Positions 20,010 to 28,037 of a DNA stretch of 64,000 nt are shown here, one piece after another. Under the pieces are notes generated by a model that was not told the origin of the DNA, did not search any database, and saw only the letters and a program-made list of their open reading frames with translations. The translations under genes and the position numbers were made by a program. The first letter of the stretch is position 1, and each line of letters begins with the position of its first letter. Source of the stretch: an uncultured Thermodesulfobacteriota bacterium (GTDB lineage: Bacteria; Desulfobacterota; Desulfarculia; G963662305); assembly GCA_964634465.1 (NCBI GenBank), contig CAZWLY010000001.1, forward strand, positions 195,967-259,966, in the 5' to 3' direction.

Positions 20010-20285
20010 CCTCTATCAATTCCCTGTCGGTGAGGAACGATCACTTCCTTCTTCCTCTTGGGGGAAGGGGTGAGACTCGTTCTCTCCCCCATGGGCGCAA
20101 GGGCGAGATCATTTCTCTTGCCTTGGAATAAGAACAGGATAATCGCTACCTCTTCCCATGGAGGTAAGGGACGGTCGTTCTCTCCGCCGGCGCTGCAAGA
20201 GTGAGATTACCTCCTGCCGTGGACGGAAAGGCGGGATGATTACTCCCTCTCCCCCTCTGGGGGAGAGGGGTGGGGTGAGGGGGCG
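20010..20285. repeat. Tandem array of ~8 degenerate 33-bp units, each a pyrimidine-arm/purine-arm imperfect hairpin
   Basis: Units start near 20020, 20046, 20079, 20112, 20146, 20178, 20210 and 20243. Example stems: CTTCC/GGAAG, TCTCcCCC/GGGcGAGA, ACCTC/GAGGT, CTCTCCCCC/GGGGGAGAG. Unit sequences differ, and there are no unique spacers between them. Confidence 0.6.
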
Positions 20286-20644
20286 TCTCCTTCAAGATTC
20301 GCAAGGATGGTCTCCAAAACGGCGTCCATATTTTTGAGCACATCGTGATTCCAGAAGCGCAAGACTCTGAAGCCGACCTTTTCCAGAGCCGTGGTGCGCT
20401 CGGCATCCTTTTTGATCTCCTCGGCGTGCTGTCCCCCATCGACCTCGATGACCAACTTTCTTTCGAGACATGCGAAATCGACGATGAAGTTGTTGATCGG
20501 GTGCTGCCTGCGGAACTTACAACCAGCCAGTCGGCGATTGCGGATGGCGCTCCACAGTCGTCTTTCCGCCGCGGTCTGGTTTTTCCTGAGCGCACGTGCC
20601 CTCTGCCTCATTCTCTCCTCACCCTCTCTCGCCAGTCCGAACAA
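20240..20644 (-). CDS. DUF559 (Vsr/endonuclease-like) domain protein
   Basis: 134-aa ORF (ARALRKNQTAAERRLWSAIRNRRLAGCKFRRQHPINNFIVDFACLERKLVIEVDGGQH...GFRVLRFWNHDVL), the DUF559 signature. The last ~14 aa (PSPHPSPPEGERE) are encoded by the hairpin repeat. The start may be ATG 20611. Confidence 0.8.
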   Translation of the reverse strand: MFGLAREGEERMRQRARALRKNQTAAERRLWSAIRNRRLAGCKFRRQHPINNFIVDFACLERKLVIEVDGGQHAEEIKKDAERTTALEKVGFRVLRFWNHDVLKNMDAVLETILANLEGDAPSPHPSPPEGERE

Positions 20645-20681
20645 GGGAGGCGATCACCGGAGCGACCATTGCTTGCCCGGC

Positions 20682-21341
20682 CTAGTCTTCCACCTCGGCA
20701 TAGGCCCGAACCGGCATGGAGGCCCCGTCCTTGATTTTCAGCGGCACAGCCGAGAACTTGAACCCGGCCGCGGGTAGGGCGTCAAGGTTTTTGAGGTTTT
20801 CGACGATCAAGATCGATTCGGCCAGAAGCCGGGTGTGGACCGGTCGGGCTGGGTCGGTCATGTCGTCCACGTTCAGAAAATCTACCCCGACAAGCGCCGC
20901 CCCGGCCTCGATCAACTTGTCTACGAAGGCTTGGGAAAGGTACGGCCCCGGTTCGAGATAGCCCTCCGCGCCCCACAGCGCGTCCCGGCCGGTCTTGATA
21001 AGGACCGCCCGGCCGGCAAGGTCGTCCAGGGCGCAATCGAAGTCCAGTGCCGGCCCGTCGGCTCCGGCGGCGTCAAGGACGAGGCCGTCGAGGCCGGCCA
21101 CGGCCTCGAGCGACACCGCGGCGCAGTCGTCGCCGTCCCGGTGGCGATGAAACGGGGCGTCGATATATGTCCCCGTGTTCATGGCCAGCTCGATCCGACC
21201 CAGGTAGAACTCGGCCCGGCCGCCATAGCGGGGCCGCGAGGCGGCGTGATCCCAAATAGCCTCCACCTTGGCCCGGGGCAAGCCCGGAAAGGCGGGCGAG
21301 CCATCCTCGATGACGTGACTCAGGTCGATGAAGCGGGGCAT
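20682..21341 (-). CDS. Cyclase-family protein (arylformamidase/kynurenine formamidase-like)
   Basis: Trimmed to ATG 21341 (MPRFIDLSH). Contains GTYIDAPFHR, GVDFLNVD and ESILIVENLKNLDALP, typical of the putative cyclase family. Confidence 0.8.
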   Translation of the reverse strand: MPRFIDLSHVIEDGSPAFPGLPRAKVEAIWDHAASRPRYGGRAEFYLGRIELAMNTGTYIDAPFHRHRDGDDCAAVSLEAVAGLDGLVLDAAGADGPALDFDCALDDLAGRAVLIKTGRDALWGAEGYLEPGPYLSQAFVDKLIEAGAALVGVDFLNVDDMTDPARPVHTRLLAESILIVENLKNLDALPAAGFKFSAVPLKIKDGASMPVRAYAEVED

Positions 21342-21419
21342 ATGGATTCTCACCTTTTATGTTGTACGACATTTCGTTATAAGCCATTATGGAAAACGAA
21401 AGTTGGAAAAGGTTGAAAT

Positions 21420-22004
21420 ATGGGGAATAGCACAACAGTTGTCATGAATATAAAACAGTTCATCAACCGAGTGTTCCTGGAAGAACTTGGCTCGATAGTG
21501 CCCCACTATCATTATCTCAGTTTTGTAATAATGGCCAGTGCCATTGAATTCATGGGAGCCTGCTTGGATGCTGAACCCTTTGATGAACCACATCTATCCC
21601 GCAAAAGATTCGATGCGGCCATAAGGTCTTTATTTGATGCAAGATACCATAAGTATGCAGGAAAGAAGGCAGAAATCAGTCTGTATACCAATCTCAGATG
21701 CGGCATGGTCCACGTTACGCGGCCAGGTGGCAAGGTTGTCTTTACACACAAAAAGGAGAGTGCCGCCGAAGGCACAGCTCATTTAGAACTATTGGAAAAT
21801 ACAGGACAGTTGGTTCTTGTGTGCGAGGACCTGTACGATGATTTTGTAAAGGCTTTGGAAAATCTAAAAATAAAAATGGGTAAACGTGATGCGCCAAAGC
21901 AACTTTCAGATGGTTACCTTGTAATATCCGGCAAAAGGGCTTGCTCTAAAACCGGCTCAAATTCGACTCTAACTTGCGGCACTTCGGGCAGTCCAACGCT
22001 CTGA
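21420..22004 (+). CDS. Orphan hypothetical protein in an AT-richer islet; contains an R-x4-H motif (possible HEPN-like fold)
   Basis: 194-aa ORF. Hand-counted G+C of 60-nt lines inside it is 33-42 %, against 78 % for a line in the adjacent cyclase gene. The motif LRCGMVH (R93..H98, nt 21696-21713) follows predicted helices. No family recognised. The start could also be Met9. Confidence 0.6.
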   Translation: MGNSTTVVMNIKQFINRVFLEELGSIVPHYHYLSFVIMASAIEFMGACLDAEPFDEPHLSRKRFDAAIRSLFDARYHKYAGKKAEISLYTNLRCGMVHVTRPGGKVVFTHKKESAAEGTAHLELLENTGQLVLVCEDLYDDFVKALENLKIKMGKRDAPKQLSDGYLVISGKRACSKTGSNSTLTCGTSGSPTL

Positions 22005-22028
22005 GAGCTGGTTGTCACCGTTAAAAAC

Positions 22029-22054
22029 GCCCCGAGGCAATTAAGCCTCGGGGC
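22029..22054. terminator. Stem-loop between convergent genes (possible bidirectional terminator)
   Basis: gccccgaggc-aattaa-gcctcggggc, a perfect 10-bp stem preceded by AAAAA. Lies between the 22004 (+) and 22079 (-) gene ends. Confidence 0.5.
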
Positions 22055-22078
22055 TATTCATTTCAGGTTTGTGTCTTT

Positions 22079-23830
22079 CTATCCCCTGATGATCCGCGGC
22101 AGCATCAGGTGGTGATGGGGACAGATCGACCTGGGGTTCTGGTAGACGCAGTTGGCGAAGGCGACCATGTAGTTACGTATCTTGGCGAAGGGGACGACTT
22201 CGTCGACGAAGCCGCGCTTGGCGCAGTACCAGGGCCGTGACTGGTCGTGGTACTGCTTGGCCAGGGCGTTCATCTTGTCGATGATCGGCTCGAGCGGATT
22301 TCCGGCGTCCTTCTCCTTGACCAGCCGGCGGGAGAAGGAGGCGGCGGCGGCCGTCTCGCCGTGCATGACGTAGATCTCGGTGGTCGGCGTGCCCAGGGTG
22401 AAGGCGTTGTGGTTGTTGGCCGTGGGGCCGCCCATGATGTAATGGGCGGCGGCGGTGCCTTTTCTCAAGACCACCAGCATCATCGGCACGTCGGTCTGCT
22501 CGATGGAGTAGATCAGGCTCTGGCCCAGGCCCAGAAGCTCGGCCTTCTCGGCGATGTCGCCGACGTCGATGCCGGTGGTGTCCTGGAACCAAATGATCGG
22601 GATCCGGTCCCGGCCGCACAGCGAGACGAACTCGTTCATCTTGATCAGGCCCTGGCGGTAAAGCTTGCCGCCGATGCCCATGTACTCCTTGGTGTACTCG
22701 GGGTAGTCCTTGCCCAGGAAGCCCTGGCGGTTGCCGATGACGCCGCAGAGGTAACCATCGACCTTGACCAGCCCGGTGTAGACCTCGGGGCCGTAGTCGG
22801 GCTTGAACTCCATGTGCTCCGAACCGTCGATCAGTCGGGCCAGGACGTTGTCGAAGTCGTAGATCATCTTCTGGTTGAAGGGGATCAGGTAGTCGATGTC
22901 GGCCGGATCGTAAGCCGGCTCGGCCGGATCGGCCACCCTGAAGAAGCGGGGGTTGTAGGCCGGCATGTCGGCCATGTACTCCTTGAGCCCGTCCAGGACC
23001 CCCTGTTCGGTGTCGTAGACCCGCCGGAAGAAGCCGGTCTCGTCGTAGTGGATCGGCACCGAGCCGGGCGGGACCTGCTTGAAGTGGCGGGTGGCCTCGA
23101 TGAGCTGCTCGGCGCCCTCCAGGTCGAAGTAGCCCTTGGGGCTCATGCCGCCGACGATACCGCCGCCGCCGACGGCCATGTTGGCGTCCTTGTGGGCGAA
23201 GAGGATGGTCGGGCTGATGGCCTGATAGCCGCCGCCGGCCGGGTTGGTGCCGTAGATGCCGGCCAGGATGGGTACGCCCATCTTCTCCAACTCGGCGTGA
23301 CGGAAGAAGGTCGTTCCGTTGCCGCGGCGGTCGGCGTAGACCTCCTGCTGCTCGGTCAACTTCACTCCGGAGCAGTTGACCAGCCAGACCAGGGGCACGT
23401 TGAGCCGCTTGGCCAGGTCGGTGATCCGGAGCTGGTTCTCGGCCTGGCCGGAAATCCAGGCCCCGGCCATGACCTTGTTGTCGAAGCCGGCCAGGACGCA
23501 CCACTTGCCCGAGATGCGGGCCAGGCCGTCGATGACGCCGGTGGTGCCTTCCTCGTTGGAGCGGGGGTTGTAAAGGGTGTGGAGCGGGAAGAAGTAGCCT
23601 TCATCGACCAGGTACTCGATCCGGTCGAAGACGGTCATCCAGCCCCGGGCCCGGACCTTCTCGGCCGGCAGGCCGGCGTTGACGACCTTCTCCACCTCCT
23701 CTTCGACGATCTTCTCCACCTCTTTGATCTGGGCCACGTTTTCGGCCATCTTTTTCTTGGCGCTCTCGGAAAGCGCCTTGCCCAGCTTGGGCATCTCCTT
23801 GAAATAGCCCGGCATCGCGTAATCGGACAT
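22079..23830 (-). CDS. gcdA: Glutaconyl-CoA decarboxylase alpha subunit (carboxyltransferase)
   Basis: Trimmed to ATG 23830 (CAGGAG upstream). MSDYAMPGYFKEMPKLGK... and the overall acyl-CoA carboxyltransferase fold (VMAGAWISGQAENQLR, NCSGVKL, GIYGTNPAGGGYQ, WFQDTTGIDVG) match GcdA as I remember it. Confidence 0.85.
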   Translation of the reverse strand: MSDYAMPGYFKEMPKLGKALSESAKKKMAENVAQIKEVEKIVEEEVEKVVNAGLPAEKVRARGWMTVFDRIEYLVDEGYFFPLHTLYNPRSNEEGTTGVIDGLARISGKWCVLAGFDNKVMAGAWISGQAENQLRITDLAKRLNVPLVWLVNCSGVKLTEQQEVYADRRGNGTTFFRHAELEKMGVPILAGIYGTNPAGGGYQAISPTILFAHKDANMAVGGGGIVGGMSPKGYFDLEGAEQLIEATRHFKQVPPGSVPIHYDETGFFRRVYDTEQGVLDGLKEYMADMPAYNPRFFRVADPAEPAYDPADIDYLIPFNQKMIYDFDNVLARLIDGSEHMEFKPDYGPEVYTGLVKVDGYLCGVIGNRQGFLGKDYPEYTKEYMGIGGKLYRQGLIKMNEFVSLCGRDRIPIIWFQDTTGIDVGDIAEKAELLGLGQSLIYSIEQTDVPMMLVVLRKGTAAAHYIMGGPTANNHNAFTLGTPTTEIYVMHGETAAAASFSRRLVKEKDAGNPLEPIIDKMNALAKQYHDQSRPWYCAKRGFVDEVVPFAKIRNYMVAFANCVYQNPRSICPHHHLMLPRIIRG

Positions 23831-24074
23831 TGGCAAATCTCCTGAAGGTTGTCTGTTTGGCGTTGACCGCTCTCGATTCCTCTCTCTCGGGCCGCCAAGG
23901 CTGTCTCGGCGGTCGCGAGGCATGCTCGCCGTCTAGATATCGAATCGGCCGGGCCAGCGCCCTATTGGAACCGGCCCCCGGCCGGTGAAAGAGCGCCGGA
24001 AAGGCGAAATCCGGCCTCAAACACGCCAGCCCCTCACGGTCGATCGTCCGCCCGCCAGGGCGAGCGAGCGGGCG

Positions 24075-25235
24075 CTACCTGTTGGCCTTTCTGATTCCCA
24101 GTTCGTCCAGGCCGACGATCATCTTGCAGATGTTGCTCGAGCCTTCGACCATATAGTAGGTCGGCGCGTCGCGGTAGAAACGGGCCACCGGGTACTCGGT
24201 CGAGTAGCCGTAGGCGCCCAGAATCCGCATCGCGTAATTGGCCGCCTTCTCGGCCACCTGGCCGGCCAGGTACTTGGCCATGGCCACCTCGCGGGTGTTG
24301 CCCAGGTTCCCGTTGTCCTTCTGCCAGGCCGCCTTGTAGACCATCAGCCGGGCCGCCTCGATCTCGCAGGCCAGTTGGGCGACCAGATCGTAGTTCATCT
24401 GGAAGGAGCCGATCGGTTTGCCGAACTGCTCCCGCTCCATGGCGTACTTGTCGATCGTGTCCAGACAGGCCTGGGCCAGACCGACGCCGCCGGCCGCGGC
24501 CGAAAGCCTGGTTTGATTGAGCGAACCGAAGACGATCTTGGTCCCGTCGCCGGGCTTGCCCAGGATGTTCTCCTTGGGCACCTTGGTGTCTTCCAGGTAG
24601 ATCTCGCCGGTCGGCGAGGAGCGCGAGCCCAGCTTGTCCAGCTCGGTGGTCGAGATGCCGTTCATGTTTTTCGGCTCGATGACAAAGGCCGACAGCTTCC
24701 GCTTGCCGTCTACTTCGGTGTAGGCGTAGTAGATCAGGACGTCGGCCACCTGGGCGTTGGAAATCCAGGTCTTGGAGCCGTTGATCAGCCAGTGATCGCC
24801 CTTGTCCTCGGCGAACGACTTCAGCGACATCACGTCCGAGCCGGCGTTGGGCTCGGTGATGCCGAAGCCGCCCAGATACTCGGCGGTGACGAGCTTGGGC
24901 ACGTACTTCTCCTTGAGCTCGTCCGTCCCGTAGTTGACGATGGTGAAGGCGCAGCCCAGCATCTGCATGTTGATCTGGACCCTCAGCGACGACGAGCCCC
25001 GGGCGATCTCCTCGGTCAAGATCGCCGCCGCCAGATGACCCATCTCGTTGCCGCCGTACTCCTCGGGGATGACGCAGCCGAAAAAGCCCAGCTCGCCCAT
25101 CGGCTTGACCACCTCCTCGTAGGGGAAGTAGTGCTCCTCATCCCACTTCTCGGCGTTGGGAACGATCTGTTCCTCGACAAATTCGCGAGCCATCTCGCGC
25201 AACATCTGATGTTCTTCGGTCAATTCAAAGTCCAC
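24075..25235 (-). CDS. Acyl-CoA dehydrogenase, probably non-decarboxylating glutaryl-CoA dehydrogenase
   Basis: 386-aa ACAD (GFGITEPNAGSD, WISNA, RQ/EQFGKPIG, YRDAPTYYMVEGSSNI). Strongly reminiscent of the Desulfococcus/Syntrophus-type GDH (C-terminus ...LGIRKANR), from memory. Adjacent to gcdA. Confidence 0.8.
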   Translation of the reverse strand: MDFELTEEHQMLREMAREFVEEQIVPNAEKWDEEHYFPYEEVVKPMGELGFFGCVIPEEYGGNEMGHLAAAILTEEIARGSSSLRVQINMQMLGCAFTIVNYGTDELKEKYVPKLVTAEYLGGFGITEPNAGSDVMSLKSFAEDKGDHWLINGSKTWISNAQVADVLIYYAYTEVDGKRKLSAFVIEPKNMNGISTTELDKLGSRSSPTGEIYLEDTKVPKENILGKPGDGTKIVFGSLNQTRLSAAAGGVGLAQACLDTIDKYAMEREQFGKPIGSFQMNYDLVAQLACEIEAARLMVYKAAWQKDNGNLGNTREVAMAKYLAGQVAEKAANYAMRILGAYGYSTEYPVARFYRDAPTYYMVEGSSNICKMIVGLDELGIRKANR

Positions 25236-25323
25236 GGAGGCCTCCTAAGGTTTATGGATCGACCAAGTGTATCTTCGTAAAATAGTTTCCTGCTTCGAGG
25301 CGACATCTCCCCAGCCGGCGCCC

Positions 25324-26472
25324 CTATTTCAAAATGTGCTTGGCGACGATCATCCGCTGAACCTGGTTGGAGCCGTCGAAAATCTGGACCGCCTTGGCGT
25401 CTCTGAAAAACCGCTCGATGGGGTGGCCCCGGCAGACGCCCATCCGGCCGAAGATCTGGACCGCGTCGGTGCAGACCGCCATGGCCATGTCCGAGGCCTG
25501 GGCCTTGCCCATGGAGACGTACATCTCGGCCTGGGCCGGGGAGAGCTCGCCCCGGTCCAACCGGGCGGCGGTCAGCAAGATCAGGGAGCGGGTCGATTCG
25601 ATCTTCATCGCCATGTCGGCCAGCATGAACTGAACCGACTGGTAGCGACTGATCTTGTGGCCCGAGGCCCGGCGGGTCCTGGCGTGCTCCACGGCCAACT
25701 CGAAGGCGCCCTGGGCCATGCCCAGGCTCATCGAGGCCGCGCCCCAAAGACGCATCGGGTTGGCCGCCTCGGTCAATATCCGCCAGCCCTGGCCTTCGCC
25801 CAGGAGCAGATTGGCCGCCGGCACCCGGCAGTCCTGGAGAACCATCTCCTGGGTGACCGAGCCGCCGAGGCCCATCTTTTTCTCTTTCTTGCCGAAGTTA
25901 AGCCCCGGCGTTCCCCGCTCGATGATGATTGCGCTCACCCCGGCCGTACGCGTCCCCGGCCCGGTGCGAACGAAGACCAGGTAGTAGTCGGCGTGCTCGC
26001 CCAGGGTGATGAAGCTCTTGGTTCCGTTGATGACGTATTCCTCGCCGTCCCTCTCCGCCTTGGTCATCAGCGAGCCGGCGTCGGAGCCGTAGTTGGGCTC
26101 GGTCAGGCAGAAGGCGCACAGCTTGTCACCCTCGGCGAACTCAGGGTACCACCGCTCTTTTTGCTCCTCGCTGGCGGTCAGGGTCAGAATACGCATCACC
26201 GCCTGAGTGGGGAAGTACATCAGGGCCGAAGCGCCGGAGACCCTGGCGATCTCGGCGGTGACCAGGCTCAGGTCCAACACCCCGGCCTCGATGCCACCGT
26301 AGCGCCGAGGCAAGACCAGGGTGAACAGACCGATCTCCTTGAACATCTCGTGCACGGCCGGGGAGAACTCGTCCGCCTCGGCGATGTCCTCGGCGATCGG
26401 TCTGAGTCTGCTCTCGACTAAGTCCCGAACCTTCTGGCGTAATTCGATCTGGTCTGGACCAAGCGGAAACAT
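25324..26472 (-). CDS. Acyl-CoA dehydrogenase
   Basis: Trimmed to ATG 26472 (MFPLGPDQIELRQKV). ACAD motifs: CLTEPNYGSD, FITLG, FRDAKAVQIFDGSNQV. Confidence 0.9.
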   Translation of the reverse strand: MFPLGPDQIELRQKVRDLVESRLRPIAEDIAEADEFSPAVHEMFKEIGLFTLVLPRRYGGIEAGVLDLSLVTAEIARVSGASALMYFPTQAVMRILTLTASEEQKERWYPEFAEGDKLCAFCLTEPNYGSDAGSLMTKAERDGEEYVINGTKSFITLGEHADYYLVFVRTGPGTRTAGVSAIIIERGTPGLNFGKKEKKMGLGGSVTQEMVLQDCRVPAANLLLGEGQGWRILTEAANPMRLWGAASMSLGMAQGAFELAVEHARTRRASGHKISRYQSVQFMLADMAMKIESTRSLILLTAARLDRGELSPAQAEMYVSMGKAQASDMAMAVCTDAVQIFGRMGVCRGHPIERFFRDAKAVQIFDGSNQVQRMIVAKHILK

Positions 26473-26566
26473 AGTCCTGCCCTTGCTGGAGGTTTGGGAA
26501 GTCACTATAGATAAGCGATGCTTCCTTTTCAACCCCCCAGCTCGCCGCCGGGAGCTTTCCCAATGG

Positions 26567-27736
26567 CTACCGTTCCACGATCAGGGCGATGCCCTGGCCG
26601 CCGCCGATGCACATGGTCACCAACCCGGTGGCGGCGTCTCTGTCACGCATGGCGTAGAGCAGCTTGGTTATCAGGCAGCCGCCCGAGGCCGAGATGGGGT
26701 GGCCCAGGGCGATGGCGCCGCCGTAGACGTTGACCTTGTCCAGGTCCATCTTGAGTTCTTCGATGCAGTAGACCGCCTGGGAGGCGAAGGCCTCGTTGAG
26801 CTCGACGAGATCGATGTCGCCGATCTCCATGCCGGCCTTTTTCAAGGCCATGCGGGTGGCCGGCACCGGCCCGATGCCCATCAGGGCCGGATCGACCCCG
26901 ACGTAGGCGTAGGCTCTGATCTTGGCCAGGGGGGTGAGCCCCAGCTCCTTGGCCTTCTCGGCGCTCATGACCACCAGGGCCGAGGCGCCGTCGTTCATGC
27001 CCGAGGAGTTGCCGGCGGTGACGGTGCCCTCCTTGTCGAAGACCGGCTTGAGCTTGGCCAGCGCCTCCATGGTGGTGCCGAATCTGGGGTGTTCGTCGGT
27101 ATCGAAGGTTTTGGTCCCTTTGCGCTCCTTTACCTCCAGGGGCAGGATCTGCTCCTTGAAGCGGCCGGCCTTGATCGCCTCCTCGGCCCGCTGCTGGCTC
27201 AGAAGGGCCAGCTCGTCCTGGGCCTGGCGGGAGATGTTGTACTTCTTGGCCACGTTTTCGGCCGTCTGGCCCATGGTGTTGCCCGAGAGCGGGTCGAAGA
27301 GGATGAGCTGGTCCTGGACCTGCTGGTGGCCGAGGCGGTAGCCCCACCGCGCGCCCCGGAGCAGGTAGGCGGCCAGGGACATGTTCTCCATGCCGCCGGC
27401 CACACAGATCTCGGCGTCGCCGGCGTTGATGATCTGCTTGGCCAGAATGACCGTCCTCACCGAGCCGCCGCAGGCCTTGGAGATGGTGAACTGGGGTCGC
27501 TCGATGGGGATGCCGCCCTTGACCGCCACCACCCGGGCCGAGTTGATGGGCAGATCGCCGGTCCGATAGCCCGAGGCCATGATCGCCTCATCGACCATGT
27601 CGCCGGAAATACCGGCCCGCTTTATCGCCTCCTCGATGACCACCGAACCGAGGATCATGTCGCTGGTATCCTTGAGAGTTCCCCCGAACCGACCGATGGC
27701 GGTCCTCACGGCGCTGGCGATGACCACGTCCTGCAT
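26567..27736 (-). CDS. Acetyl-CoA C-acetyltransferase (thiolase II)
   Basis: 389-aa ORF with the active-site contexts [29 protein letters not shown] and CIGGGQGIA. Confidence 0.93.
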   Translation of the reverse strand: MQDVVIASAVRTAIGRFGGTLKDTSDMILGSVVIEEAIKRAGISGDMVDEAIMASGYRTGDLPINSARVVAVKGGIPIERPQFTISKACGGSVRTVILAKQIINAGDAEICVAGGMENMSLAAYLLRGARWGYRLGHQQVQDQLILFDPLSGNTMGQTAENVAKKYNISRQAQDELALLSQQRAEEAIKAGRFKEQILPLEVKERKGTKTFDTDEHPRFGTTMEALAKLKPVFDKEGTVTAGNSSGMNDGASALVVMSAEKAKELGLTPLAKIRAYAYVGVDPALMGIGPVPATRMALKKAGMEIGDIDLVELNEAFASQAVYCIEELKMDLDKVNVYGGAIALGHPISASGGCLITKLLYAMRDRDAATGLVTMCIGGGQGIALIVER

Positions 27737-27786
27737 GAGAGCTCCTTGGCTTTGGTGCGAAACAATATTTCGAGCCGAACTGGCTC

Positions 27787-27841
27787 AGTTTAGGCGGGCC
27801 GAAGCGGGATTGTCAAGGAAATATAGCTACAACAAAGCTAT
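27787..27841 (-). promoter_or_regulatory. Putative sigma70 promoter of the thiolase operon (TTGACA-18 nt-TAAACT) with an adjacent inverted repeat ATAGCT-N7-AGCTAT
   Basis: On the minus strand the -35 is at 27816-27811 and the -10 at 27792-27787. The inverted repeat lies at 27823-27841, just upstream of the -35. Confidence 0.35.
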
Positions 27842-27870
27842 GATGTAGCCGTCATTCCGGCCGAACCGGG

Positions 27871-28023
27871 CTAGACGTAGCGGTCGATCAGATGGCCCTT
27901 GAGCCCGCCCCGCCGCCGGGGCCGGTAGGCCGGGCCCAGGGCCTTGTCCTTGGCCCTGGCGTTGCGGTGGGGTAGAGGAAGATGAGGCGAGGAAGAGCCG
28001 TAATTTATAGCTGAGACGCCCAT
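27871..28023 (-). CDS. Candidate small basic protein (50 aa)
   Basis: Too short for the ORF track. ATG 28023 sits 5 nt downstream of GGAGG and 15 nt after the J-protein stop. Translation: MGVSAINYGSSSPHLPLPHRNARAKDKALGPAYRPRRRGGLKGHLIDRYV. No family recognised. Confidence 0.3.
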   Translation of the reverse strand: MGVSAINYGSSSPHLPLPHRNARAKDKALGPAYRPRRRGGLKGHLIDRYV

Positions 28024-28037
28024 TTATTCCTCCTGGA

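Noticed and set aside
20010-20285. Possible CRISPR array (regularly spaced hairpin-forming units); the same thought arose for the GGGG..TTCAT..CCCC modules of the dispersed repeat
   Set aside because: The units abut each other with 33-bp periodicity and no unique spacers. The unit sequences are not conserved, which is the opposite of CRISPR. No cas genes are in the window. The dispersed-repeat modules are 16-20 nt and separated by at most ~18 nt.
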